A stretch of DNA of 64,000 bases. Origin: an uncultured Chloroflexia bacterium. Its GTDB lineage: Bacteria > Chloroflexota > Limnocylindria > Limnocylindrales > CSP1-4. Under the pieces are notes generated by a model, which was given only the letters and a program-made list of their open reading frames with translations, was not told the DNA's origin and made no database searches. Below, piece after piece: positions 35,134-45,530 of the stretch. The stretch is taken from the NCBI GenBank assembly GCA_963696045.1, contig CAVOIR010000011.1:53412-117411 (forward strand). The letters are read 5' to 3'. Position numbers and translations under genes: made by a program. Every line of letters starts with the position of its first letter. Within the stretch, counting starts at the first letter, position 1.

Positions 35134-36157
35134 TTGCAAGGTACAATCGGCCATGTGACAGCCGGATACGCCACCTCGAGCCGGCGGATGTCGGCGGCCG
35201 AGCCCGATGCTGAGGCGCTGGACGCGTACTCGGAGGTCGTCAGTCGGGTCGCCGAGACCCTCCTGCCTTCCATCGCCAGCGTCGAGCCGCACCAGGTCGG
35301 TCGCGCGGGTCCACGTCCCACTGGCAGCGGGCTCCGCGGTCGTCATCACCCCCGATGGGTATCTGCTGACGTCCGCTCACGTCGTCCTGCGGTCTGCGCG
35401 GGGTCGGCTCGGCCTCGCGGACGGGCGGACTCTCGAATTCGAGCGCGTGGGCGCCGACCCGCTCTCGGACCTCGCCCTCCTGCGGACCGATGCCCACGAT
35501 CTGCCGGCCGCGCCGTTGGGCGATTCCGATGGGCTTCGCACCGGACAGCTCGTGGTGGCCATCGGCAGCCCGCTGGGGTTCAGCGGCTCGGTCTCGGCGG
35601 GGGTCGTGAGCGCGCTCGGCCGCTCGTTCCCCACGCACGACGGTCGCGTCGGGCGGATCGTCGAGAACGTCATCCAGACCGACGCGGCGCTGCATCCGGG
35701 CAACTCGGGGGGCGCGCTCGCCGACGGTCATGCCCGTGTGGTCGGGATCAACACCGCCGTGGTCGGCTCGGTGGTGGGGCCGGGCCTCGGGCTCGCGGTC
35801 CCCATCAACGACACGGCGCGCCGCATCGTCGCGGCACTCATGCGTGACGGACGGGTGCGCCGTGCCTACCTCGGTATCGCGGGCGGGACGCGGCCGCTGC
35901 CGCCACGCCTGGCAGCATCGATCGGCCAGTCGGGAGGGGTCGAGATCGCCGAGGTCGTTTCGGGAAGCCCGGCTGCGCAGTCTGGGCTCAGGGCGGGTGA
36001 CATCATCGTGCGCATGGGTGACACCAGCGTCGAGGAGGTGGGTGTACTCCAGGCCACGCTGAGCGAGGAGTCGATCGGCGCAGCGATCGAGCTCACGCTG
36101 GTCCGCGGGTCTGGCACGTTCGTCGTGCCCGTCACCCCGGTCGAGCTCTCCGGCTGA
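35134..36157 (+). CDS. HtrA/DegP-type trypsin-like serine protease with C-terminal PDZ domain; one frameshift near 35330; the start may be ATG 35188
   Basis: SAVVITPDGYLLTSAHVV (His), DLALLRTD (Asp), HPGNSGGAL (Ser), then PDZ (VEIAEVVSGSPAAQSGLRAGDIIVRMGD) in ORF 35207-36157. Confidence 0.7.
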
Positions 36158-36171
36158 CGTCGACGAGGGGG

Positions 36172-37113
36172 TCAGCCCCCGTTGGCTGACTGCTCTCGCA
36201 GCGGGATGGTGGGCACGACCGCGATGTACCGGCCGTCGCGCTCGAGGTACTCGCCCTCGGGGCGCTCCCAGCGCAGGTAGTTGCGCTCCATCTCGGCCTC
36301 GTCCTGGAAGATCCCGGGACCGTCCGAGGCGCCCCAGATGGTGGAGATGCGGGGGTACCAGGGATCGTAGATGTAGGTCCCGGTGATCGTCGCGTCGCGG
36401 AAGACCGTGGGATCGGCATCGGCGCGGTAGCCGGTCATGATCCAGGTGTGCGCGCCGCGCCAGGCGATGAGGACGACCGGGGCCTTCGTCTTCGAGAGGG
36501 CGATGGCGGCGTCGCGGAGCGCCACGTCCCGGCGTTGGTAGGCGCGGATCTCGTAGCCCTTCACGCCGTGGTCGGCGAGGGCCTCCGCGATGGCAGCCGG
36601 TCCCCAACCGCCGTTGTGGCTGTCCTTCCAGCTCTCCCAGCGGTCGATGCCGCCGGCGAGCCGCCGCTGCGCGTCCTCGGAGTTGTCGAGGGCGCCATGC
36701 ATCGCCAGCACGATCTGGGTTCCGGCCACGGCGCACCAGTCGTTCGTCAGCTGCGAGGCGAAGACGCGGCCGGGCGCGGCGCGCAGCTTCACGTCCACCG
36801 GGCGCCGCGGGGGCTTCGGCGTCGGGCTCGGCCCGCCGGCGTCGGGACCATCGGCTTGGGCCGAGGCTTCGGGCAGCGGGTCCATGACCTCGATGGTCGG
36901 CAGGGTCTCGCGGTCAGGCGGCGGATCGAGCGCCAGGCGCACACGGTCGACGAGATGGTCGAAGCGTTCACCGGTGCCGAGCGTGTTCGACCAGACGAGG
37001 CCGGTGCCGACGAGGGCCCACAGGACGGCGCCGATCAGGAGCAGCGGGAGCAGCGGGGTTCCGCGGCGTCGGGATGGCTGGCTCACGAGGCTGTCCGGCC
37101 GCGATGATGGCAC
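36172..37113 (-). CDS. membrane-anchored protein with C39-like (papain-fold) cysteine-peptidase domain, tentative
   Basis: Intact. N-terminal TM (LLPLLLIGAVLWALVGTGLVW), Pro-rich linker, then Q-x5-C (SQLTNDWCAVAGTQIV), His (RGAHTWIMTGY) and Asp (YDPWYP) arranged like C39-like / BtrH-type domains. Confidence 0.5.
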   Translation of the reverse strand: MPSSRPDSLVSQPSRRRGTPLLPLLLIGAVLWALVGTGLVWSNTLGTGERFDHLVDRVRLALDPPPDRETLPTIEVMDPLPEASAQADGPDAGGPSPTPKPPRRPVDVKLRAAPGRVFASQLTNDWCAVAGTQIVLAMHGALDNSEDAQRRLAGGIDRWESWKDSHNGGWGPAAIAEALADHGVKGYEIRAYQRRDVALRDAAIALSKTKAPVVLIAWRGAHTWIMTGYRADADPTVFRDATITGTYIYDPWYPRISTIWGASDGPGIFQDEAEMERNYLRWERPEGEYLERDGRYIAVVPTIPLREQSANGG

Positions 37114-37155
37114 AGCATCGGCAGGAGCCCTCCGGACGCCCTACCCTCGGGCCTG

Positions 37156-38532
37156 ATGAGGCCGCCGACCACCACCCGGCCGACGCTCGCGCGGGTCCGG
37201 GCGCTCGTTGCGGCCGTCGTGCCGCGGGGAGCGATCCTGCTTTCCGCGCTGACGTTCGTGAGCTACGTCATGGGCCTCGTGCGCGACCGCACGTTCGCGC
37301 GCACGTTCGGCGCCGGCAGCGAGCTGGACGTCTACAACGCCGCCCTCGTCCTGCCCGAGCTGACCCTCGACGTGCTCGTCATCGCTGGGCTGTCAGCCGC
37401 CTTCGTGCCCGTCTTCGCACGCCTCCGGCGTGATGAGGCCGAGGCGACCCACGACTTCGCGCGGACGGTGCTCACGGCGTCCGTCCTCATCATGATCGTC
37501 GTCGTCGGCGTCCTCTTCCTGCTCGCTCCTGCGACCGTGGCGCTCGTGGCTCCCGGCTTCGACGCTGCGGAGCAGGAGCTCTACGTCGAGCTCTTCCGCA
37601 TCACCTGCGTCACCGCCATCGTCTTCGCGGCCTCCTTCGCGCTCGGCGAGATGCTCGTCGTTCGGCAGCGCTTCCTGGCCTATGGTCTCGCGCCCGTCCT
37701 CTACAACGCCGGCATCGTCCTCGGGACGGTCGTCCTGGCCCCCTCGATGGGCATCCGTGGCGCGGCAGTCGGGACGGTCGTCGGCGCCCTCCTGCACCTC
37801 GGCATCCGAGTGCTTGACATCGCCCGCACCGACTTCCACTACCGGCCGGCGCTGCACCTCCGGACATCGGGCTTCCGCGAGTACGTGCGACTGGCCATCC
37901 CACGGGCGCTCAGCGCACCGATCGAACCGCTGACCTTTCTCTTCTTCACATCGGTCGCCTCGACGCTGGCGGCGGGCAGCATCAGCGCCGTGAGCTTCGC
38001 GCGGAACTTCCAGAGCGTCCCCGTGAGCCTCATCGGCATCGCATTCTCGGTGGCGGCCTTCCCGATCCTGGCCGGCGCGGCGGCCGCGGGCGACCGTGCC
38101 AGGTTCACCCGCCTCGTGGTCACGAACCTCGTGACCATCTCGCTCCTGACGACGGCTGCCGCGGTGACCCTCTGGCTCGTCGGCGGTCGGGCTGTCGAGG
38201 TTCTGCTCGGCGGCGAGGCATTCGATGCCGAGGACGTCGCGACGACGACGATGCTGCTCGGCGCCTTCGCGCTGTCCGTTCCCCTCGAGGCCCTTATCCA
38301 GCTGCTGTCACGGGCCATCTACTCGACCCACGACACGATCCTGCCGGTCCTGGCCTCGGTGACCGGGCTCGTCGTGACGGTCGCGACGGTCGAGCTGCTC
38401 GCCGATACCCGGGGCATCGTGGCGCTGCCGCTGGGGTTCGCGGCCGGCCTGGCCGTCCGGCTCGTCCTCCTCCTCGGAGCCCTCGCAGTGCGCACGCGGC
38501 GGATCGGTGTCCGTCCGAGCCCCTCCGGGTGA
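37156..38532 (+). CDS. murJ: lipid II flippase MurJ (MviN)
   Basis: Intact 458 aa. The N-terminal segment LSALTFVSYVMGLVRDRTFARTFGAGSELDVYNAALVLPE and 12-14 TM are typical of MurJ. Confidence 0.75.
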   Translation: MRPPTTTRPTLARVRALVAAVVPRGAILLSALTFVSYVMGLVRDRTFARTFGAGSELDVYNAALVLPELTLDVLVIAGLSAAFVPVFARLRRDEAEATHDFARTVLTASVLIMIVVVGVLFLLAPATVALVAPGFDAAEQELYVELFRITCVTAIVFAASFALGEMLVVRQRFLAYGLAPVLYNAGIVLGTVVLAPSMGIRGAAVGTVVGALLHLGIRVLDIARTDFHYRPALHLRTSGFREYVRLAIPRALSAPIEPLTFLFFTSVASTLAAGSISAVSFARNFQSVPVSLIGIAFSVAAFPILAGAAAAGDRARFTRLVVTNLVTISLLTTAAAVTLWLVGGRAVEVLLGGEAFDAEDVATTTMLLGAFALSVPLEALIQLLSRAIYSTHDTILPVLASVTGLVVTVATVELLADTRGIVALPLGFAAGLAVRLVLLLGALAVRTRRIGVRPSPSG

Positions 38533-38630
38533 TCGACCGAGCCGATCGCTGACCTTCAGCCTATCGATTGGACAGCCGATATCCGGCGCGCTAGCCTCTA
38601 TCCTCACCGCACAAGTCCACGAGGGAACTC

Positions 38631-39960
38631 ATGACCGCATCCACCCTGCGCCCCCCAGGCTCGATCGCACGCACGGAGCTCGTCGCTCGCCTGGGAGAGC
38701 CAGGCTTGCTCGTCCTCGACGCCCGGCCGCTGGCTGCCTTCAATGGATGGCGCCTCGCGGACGAGGCCCGTGGAGGCCATATCCCGGGGGCCGTCGCGTT
38801 CCCGGGCTCATGGCTGGCCACGATCGAGCCTGCCGAGGTCGCCACGTTGCTCCGCGAGAAGGGCGTCCTCGACGCTCGGGAGGTCGTCGTCTACGGCGAC
38901 GAAAGCCTGGATGCGGCCACCATCGCCGTGCGCCTGACGGACCTTGGGGCCGCGGATGTCCGCGTCCTCGATGAGGGCTGGGCGGGCTGGGCGGCGGATG
39001 CGCAGCTGCCGGTCGAGCGCCTGCCGCGCTACGAGTCGCTCGTCCACCCGGCGTGGCTCCGCACGCTCCTCGACGGTGGCCGTCCCGAGGCCGCGCCGGC
39101 TGGTCGGAGCCTGCTCTTCCACGTGAACTTCGGGGTCCCCGAGGAGTACCTCGAGGCCCATCTGCCGGGCGCCCTCTACCTCGACACGAACCAGCTCGAG
39201 GACCCGGCCGACTGGAATCGGCGGTCCGCCGCGGAGATCGAGGCCGCGCTCGCCTCGCTCGGCATCACGGGCGACACGACGGTCGTGCTGTACGGCCGCG
39301 ACACGGAGGGGCAGGCCAACGAGAAGTGGCCGGGCCGGCGGGCCGGCCAGATCGCGGCCACCCGTGCGGCGCTCATCCTGCGCTACGCGGGCGTGGACGA
39401 CGTGCGCGTCCTCGACGGCGGCTACGACGCCTGGGTCCATGCGGGCTACCCGGTGGAGGACGTCGTCCGCGAGCCCGCGCCCGTCACCGGGACAGGCTTG
39501 ACCATCCCGCAGCGACCCGAGCTCCTCATCGATCTGCCCGAGGCCAAGGACATCCTTGCCGACCCGGATGGCGGCGCGCTCGTGAGCGTGCGCACCTGGA
39601 AGGAGCACATCGGCGCCGTCAGCGGCTACAACTACATCGGCCCGGCTGGACGCATCGTGCGGCGACGTGTGGGGCAACTGCGGGACCGACGCGTACCACA
39701 TGCAGCACTACCGAACGGTCGACAACACGATGCGCGCCTACCCTGAGATCGCGGCCAACTGGGCCGAGGCCGGCATCACGCCGGACAAGCGCGTGTCCTT
39801 CTACTGCGGCACCGGCTGGCGCGCCGCGGAGACCTGGTTCTACGCCTGGCTCATGGACTGGCCCGACATCTCGGTCTACGACGGCGGCTGGTTCGAGTGG
39901 AGCAAGGACCCGGTCAACAACCCCATCGAGGTCGGCATCCCGGAGATCGCGTCTCAGCCT
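38631..39960 (+). CDS. three-domain rhodanese sulfurtransferase; frameshift near 39660; 3' end uncertain
   Basis: ORF 38631-39746 has two rhodanese-like domains. The third domain with active site YCGTGWRAAETWFYAWLMDW is in ORF 39667-41364, in frame with the downstream gene because of an indel. Confidence 0.65.
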
Positions 39961-40200
39961 GACCGAGCACCTCGCGAGCGGGGGAGGCCGTGCGTCCCAC
40001 GTCGCCGGGCGGTCGTCTCGTCCGACAGGTCACCGGCTCGCGTCCACTCAGACCTTCGCGGCGGTCAGCTCGCGGCCCCGGACTCGCTGGACAGCGGCTC
40101 GGGGAGCGGTCACGATGGGCGACCTCGGGGCGGGCGTCGCCGGCGACCACGACCCGGGCACGTCCGACCGCCGGCGCGAGGAGGTTTCCGAGTGAAGGGA

Positions 40201-41364
40201 CGACGGTCGGGGGTTGTGGTCGGGTTCGCGCTGGTCATCGCCATGAGCGTGCCAGCCGCGGCCAAGGTGGACATCACGGAGGTGGCCACCGGACTGGACT
40301 CGCCGCGCGGTGTGGCGGTCGGCCCTGACGGCACGGTCTACGTGGCGGAGGCGGGCACCGGTGGCGCGGAGCCCTGTGTGCCCCATCCGGAGCTCGAGGA
40401 GCTCTGCTTCGGCACCAGTGGCAGCATCACAGCGGTCACGGACGGCGTCGCGAGCGAGCTCGTCGGTGGCCTGACCTCGGCCATCACCCCCGCGGGCGAG
40501 GCCATCGGACCCTCGGGTGTCGCGGTGGACGCCAACGGCGTCGTCTGGTTCCTCGTGGGTCTCCCGGGCGCCGGGGCGGCGGAGTTCCGGGACGCCGTCC
40601 CGGACGGCGCTGCCGCGGGTGCAGGTCAGCTGTACATGGTCGATGAGAGCGGAGCGGCGGTGAGCGTCGCCGACCTGGCCGCCTACGAGACCTCCGACAA
40701 CCCGGATGCCGACCAGCCCGGCAATGCCGAGCCGGACTCGAACGTCTTCGGCCTGGCAGCCACGGACGCCGGGGCGCTCGTCGCGGACGCGGGCGGCAAC
40801 GACCTGCTCATGGTCGATGGCGAAGGCGCCATCACGACGCGTGGCCGTCTTCCCGGTCGTCATGCAGGAGGCGCCGCCGGCGGATCCGCCGCCTCGGGCC
40901 CGAGGACGGCGGCCGAGCCGATGATGGTGCCCATGGACCCGGTCCCGACGTCGGTGGCCGTGGGTCCGGACGGCGCCTATTACGTGGGGCAGCTGACAGG
41001 CTTCCCCTTCCCGCCCGGAGCCGCCAGCGTCTTCCGCGTCGTGCCCGGCGAGGAGCCCAGCGTCTACGCCTCGGGCTTCACCAACGTCATCGACGTCGAG
41101 TTCGGCCCGGACGGCACGCTGTACGTCCTGGAGATCTCCCACCCGGGCCTCCTGACGGCGCTGGGCGGCGGCTCGCCCGCGGGCGGCCTCTGGAAGGTCC
41201 CGCCCGGTGGGGGCGAGCCCGAGCTGCTGGACAACGAGGGGCTGACGCTGCCCGGCGGCATGGCCATGGCCGAGGACGGCACGTTGTACATCTCTGACTG
41301 CTCGATCTGCCCGGGTGAGGGCGGACCGATGGGAGGAGGAAGGCTCGTCAGCGTCAAGCCCTGA
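40201..41364 (+). CDS. secreted beta-propeller protein (paralogue of the propeller part of 8892-10290; ScyD/ScyE- or SMP-30-like, tentative)
   Basis: GTG after GAGGAGG. Signal peptide VKGRRSGVVVGFALVIAMSVPAAA. Repeated GPDGTVYVAEAGTGG / GPDGAYYVGQL / GPDGTLYVLE / AEDGTLYISD blades. Confidence 0.7.
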   Translation, partial: RRSGVVVGFALVIAMSVPAAAKVDITEVATGLDSPRGVAVGPDGTVYVAEAGTGGAEPCVPHPELEELCFGTSGSITAVTDGVASELVGGLTSAITPAGEAIGPSGVAVDANGVVWFLVGLPGAGAAEFRDAVPDGAAAGAGQLYMVDESGAAVSVADLAAYETSDNPDADQPGNAEPDSNVFGLAATDAGALVADAGGNDLLMVDGEGAITTRGRLPGRHAGGAAGGSAASGPRTAAEPMMVPMDPVPTSVAVGPDGAYYVGQLTGFPFPPGAASVFRVVPGEEPSVYASGFTNVIDVEFGPDGTLYVLEISHPGLLTALGGGSPAGGLWKVPPGGGEPELLDNEGLTLPGGMAMAEDGTLYISDCSICPGEGGPMGGGRLVSVKP

Positions 41365-41463
41365 CGTCGCTCTGTCTCAAGGGACGCGGGGCCGGCCGGC
41401 CCCGCGTCTCGTCACGTCTGGGTGACAGCAGGCCGGCGGCTCCTCTCGCTGGGACGCGGCCTA

Positions 41464-41960
41464 CTCGACGATGAGCCGTCCCACCATGCCGGCCTCCTTG
41501 TGCCCGGAGACCGAGCAGTAGAACAGGTACGCCCCGGGTGGCGGGTCCACCACCGTCGTCTGGCCGGAGCGGCCGCGTGACGCGACGATCTCGACGCCGA
41601 GCTCGTCGACGGTGAAGTTGTGGACGCTGATCCCGCTGTTGGCGAGGATGAGGGTCGTTGCTCCAGCGGCGGGGATGACCAGCTCATTCGGGTCGAACCA
41701 GAACTCGCCGGTCCGGACGGTCACGGCTTGAGAGAGTGAGGCGGTCGCGGCCGGCGAAGCCGGCGGCGCAGGGCTGACCAGGCAATCCCCGATGCCGAAG
41801 GTCGGCAGGTCCGGGCTGCTGCCCGTGCAGGGCGACGCCTGCGGCATCGCCTGTCCCGGGGGAAGGCTCGTCGCCGATGATGCAGATGCCCGTCTGGCCT
41901 GGCCCGGGCATGTCCGGCGGGGGCGATGGCACGTCATGGCGCGGTGACAGCCGCGCCGGG
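41464..41960 (-). CDS. small cupredoxin (plastocyanin/azurin-like type-1 copper protein); N-terminus unresolved
   Basis: The C-terminal about 120 aa of ORF 41461-42915: VTVRTGEFWFDPNELVIPAAGATTLILANSGISVHNFTVDELGVEIV...GAYLFYCSVSGHKEAGMVGRLIVE (His, Cys-x4-His-x4-Met). The rest of that long ORF is antisense noise. Confidence 0.55.
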
Positions 41961-42243
41961 CAGGCGACAGCAGGGTGAGCAGCCAGGGAGATCCCGAGCA
42001 GCCCTCCGCGGGGACGACGGGCGGATCGACATCGTTCCATGCCTCGATACGGTTCGGAGAGAGGCGACATGCTACGCGCTGCCGGACGAGCTGGCGCGCC
42101 GTGGCGTCCCTGCCCTCGGTCGAGCTGGCAGGGGTGATCCGGGTCGCAGGGCCTGCCGAGGCGCGACCATCGGCAGTCGTCGTCAACCCGGCGCGGCGGC
42201 AAGGCTTGGATCGAGCAAGCATCGATCGAAGGAGGTCGCCCGC

Positions 42244-42690
42244 ATGGAAGTCCACATCGTGCCGGCGTCGGCCAAGGTGCCGCGACCGGCGTATGCGTGG
42301 CTCGCCGCCGCCGCCGCGGTCTTCACCGGCGTCCTGGCGATCCCGGTCGGGCTGCTGTTCCTCGGCGATCCTACGGGCGGGGCGATCGGAGTGCCGCAGG
42401 GCTGGATCGAGGCCACGGTATTCGGCAGCTACCTGGTGCCCGGCCTCTACCTGCTGCTCGTGAACGGCGTCGGGATGCTCATCCTTGCCGCCCTCATCGT
42501 CCTGCGCCACTGGTCCGCACCCTGGCTCGCGGCCATCCTGGGCGTCGGTCTGATCGTCTGGATCCTCGTCCAGCTCGTCGTCATGCCCGAGACGATGATC
42601 CTGCAGTGGATCTTCCTGGCCGTCGGCTTCCTGCTCGGCTTCGTAGCCCTCTTCTGGCTGCGCGCGACCGGACAGCTGAAGCTCTGGTAG
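42244..42690 (+). CDS. small integral membrane protein (4 TM), unknown function
   Basis: GAAGGAGG RBS. MEVHIVPASAKVPRPAYAWLAAAAAVFTGVLAIPVGLLFL...WIFLAVGFLLGFVALFWLRATGQLKLW. Confidence 0.55.
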   Translation: MEVHIVPASAKVPRPAYAWLAAAAAVFTGVLAIPVGLLFLGDPTGGAIGVPQGWIEATVFGSYLVPGLYLLLVNGVGMLILAALIVLRHWSAPWLAAILGVGLIVWILVQLVVMPETMILQWIFLAVGFLLGFVALFWLRATGQLKLW

Positions 42691-42766
42691 GCGGCCTCCG
42701 GCCGGCCACCGCTCGCGGTGATCCGGTGATGCAGTCCGCCGGTTCGCAGTCGCCATACTGCGCGCC

Positions 42767-45115
42767 ATGACGACGATCACGGAGCAGCCCTCGGGCGATC
42801 CCCGATCCACCAAGCGCACCAGCGTCGAGCAGCGCCTCGGCACGAAGCCCAAGCGGCCCGGGCTGCCGCATCGCATCGCCGCCGTCTGGCGAGACGAGTA
42901 CGACACGCTCGTCAACTGGCCCCGGGGTCTTCGGCATCTCGTCGCGCGGGGGTTCGCCTACCTGTTCGTCAACACCATCGCCCTGCTGCTCGTGGCCTGG
43001 TTGATGCCGGGCGTCGAGATCAGCATCGGCTTCCCGGGTAACGTCCTCGCCGCTCTGTTCCTGACACTGCTGGCGGGCGCCATCACCTTCCTCGTGCGGC
43101 CCGTGGTCTTCCTGGCTCTCGGGATCGACAACGTCATCGTCACGGCGGTCCTGACGATCATCTTCATGGGACTGACGCTGCTGGTGGCCTCCTGGTTCAT
43201 GGTCAGCGTCCAGATCGAGCGGGCTGATCGCCGCCACGACTGCGTCCGTCATCATCGCCGCCATCAACACCGTCCTGACCGCCATCATCGGGCTGGACGA
43301 GGACGAGTCCTTCTACCGCCACTCGCTGAAGCGCATGGCCCGCAGCAGCGGCGATGTCGACGACCGCCCAGGTCCCGGGTTCGTGATCGATCCAGGTGGA
43401 CGGTCTGGCCGAACCGATCCTGCGCAACGCCCTGCGGACCGGGTACATGCCATTCATCTCCGATTGGCTGGCCTCGGGCGAGTATCGCCTCGGCAAGTGG
43501 GAGGCCCTGGCGCCATCGATGACCTCCGCGGGACAGGTCGGCATCCTCCACGGCGCCCATGCCGGCATCCCGGCCTTCCGCTGGTGGGAAAAGGAACGCG
43601 ACTACCTGATGGTCTCGAACCACCCCGATGATGCTCACGAGATCGAGCGTCGCGCCTCCGCGGAGCACGATGGCGAGCGCGACCTTCTCCGAGATGGTGG
43701 CGCCAGCATCAGCAACCTCGTGAGCGGCGGCGCCAGCCGGGCCATCGCCACGAACAGCCAGCTGTCGAAGAACGGGCAGGGCCTGCAGATGAGCTCGTTC
43801 AGCCTGTTCCTGCTCAACCCCTACAACATCACGCGGGGCGGCGCCCAGTTCCTGACGTCGGTCGTCACCGAGCTCTTCCAGGCACGGCGGCAGCGGGTCC
43901 GGGACATCAAGCCGCGGATCAGTCGAGGCATGCCCTTCCCCTTCCTCAAGGCCTCCACGACGACGATCATGCGCGACATGCTCACCGACCTCGTCATCGG
44001 CGAGATGGGTCGGGGCACCCCCATCATCTACGCCGACTACCTCGGCTATGACGAGATCGCGCACCATGCCGGACCCGAGCGGCCCGAGTCGATGGAGCAG
44101 CTCGATCGGGTGGACCGCCTCATGCGGAGCCTTTCCCGAGCCTCGGAGGACGCGCCGCGGCGTTACCACTTCATCATGGTGAGCGACCACGGCCAGACCC
44201 AGGGCGCCCCGTTCCACGATCGCTATGGAGTGACCCTCGAGGAGCTCGTCCGCGGCCTCATGGAGGGCGAGGTCACGAGCATCGATGCCACCAACGACGT
44301 GGAAGGCTGGGGCCACGTCAACACCTTCCTGACGGAAGCCAGCCGCACCCCAGGGACCACCGGTCGGATCATGCGCCGCACGATGCGGAGCAGTACCGAG
44401 GACGGCGTCGTCGCCCTGGGTGACACGGATGCGCCGATGAAGGGCGCGAGGGTGGAGGGGGCCGACGGCTCCGAGAAGGCTGGGGTCGAGGCTGGTGTCA
44501 CCGTCCCCGATCTCGTCGTCGCGGCCTCGGGCAACCTGGCCAACATCTACTTCCCAGACGTCCGCCAGCGCGTCAGCCTGGAAGGCATCGCCGCCCGGCA
44601 TCCCCAGCTCCTGCCCGGCCTCGTGCGGCACGAAGGCATCGGCTTCGTCATGGTCCGCTCGGAGCAACACGGGGCGCTCGTCATCGGCCGCGACGGCATG
44701 CGCAACCTCGACACCGGCGAGATCGAGGGCAACGACCCACTCGAGGACTTCGGCGAGCACGCCGATCGCGAACCTCAAGCGCCTTGACAGCTTCGAGCAC
44801 ATCGGCGACATCTTCATCATCAGCATGTATGACCCGTCCACGGACGAGATCGCTCCGTTCGAGCACCAGGTCGGTGCGCACGGCGGCCTGGGCGGTATGC
44901 AGACCAAGGCCTTCGTGCTCTACCCGGCAGCTTTCGAGCACAGCGACAAGCCTCTCTCCCTGGTGGGTGCCGAGGAGGTCAATCGCAAGATCCGCGAGTG
45001 GATCGCAACAGCGCGGGAGATGGACGCAGCGGGCGTCAGCGCCGAGGAGTCCAGGGCCAAGCCTGTGGGCGAGCTGCCATCCGTCCTGCAGCCAGCGGCG
45101 CGCCGCGGCGACTAG
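42767..45115 (+). CDS. membrane protein: N-terminal holin-like 4-TM domain (PF04020-type) fused to an alkaline-phosphatase-superfamily type-I phosphodiesterase / nucleotide-pyrophosphatase domain; at least 3 frameshifts
   Basis: LVARGFAYLFVNTIALLLVAWLMPGVEISIGFPGNVLAALFLTLLAGAITFLVRPVV (ORF 42767-43522). Then DGLAEPILRNALRTGYMPFISDWL...PSMTSAGQVGILHGAHAGIP...MVSDHGQT (ORF 43396-44787). C-terminus in ORF 44495-45115. Confidence 0.6.
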
Positions 45116-45530
45116 TGGAGTTCGATCGGCCAGTACGGAGAGGTCGGCCGCCACGACCGGGGTTCTGCCACTCACGCGTGGAGGGAATGGGAGACGCCGA
45201 CTGAGCGCTCAGGGTGGCCACGCAACGTCGTGACGGAGCGCTGCCGAGCATGATCCACGCTCAGGGCGAGGGGTCGAGCGGGCAGGGGGGCGCCTTCGCT
45301 GCTCTCGCGGCCGCCTCGCATTCCTGTGGCGCATCGGTGGCAGGAACGCGGGTGACGTGCCGCGTCCCCTCACGGGCTCCGCCGACAGCGGCATGTCTCA
45401 CGAACCCTGAGACCACGACCAGGCGGTCGCCCTCGGCCGAGAGCCGCCGTCAGCCGAGTGCCGTCGGCTTGCGATCGAGTCGCCGGTCGGCCGAGAGCGG
45501 TTATTCGGGACTCCGTGGTCTAATCCGCCG

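Noticed and set aside
39053-40195. 380-aa Arg/Pro-rich ORF and the 565-aa ORF 39667-41364
   Set aside because: Both are frame artefacts. The first is an alternative frame of the three-domain rhodanese. The second joins the rhodanese third domain to the downstream beta-propeller gene through an indel. The propeller has its own GTG and RBS at 40201.
41461-42915. 484-aa minus-strand ORF
   Set aside because: Only the C-terminal about 120 residues (cupredoxin) are real. Upstream it is antisense to the plus-strand membrane-protein gene 42244-42690.
42767-43300. Holin-family domain suggesting a prophage lysis cassette
   Set aside because: No endolysin, terminase, capsid, integrase or att-like repeat is nearby. 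The domain is fused to a phosphodiesterase and flanked by ordinary chromosomal genes.
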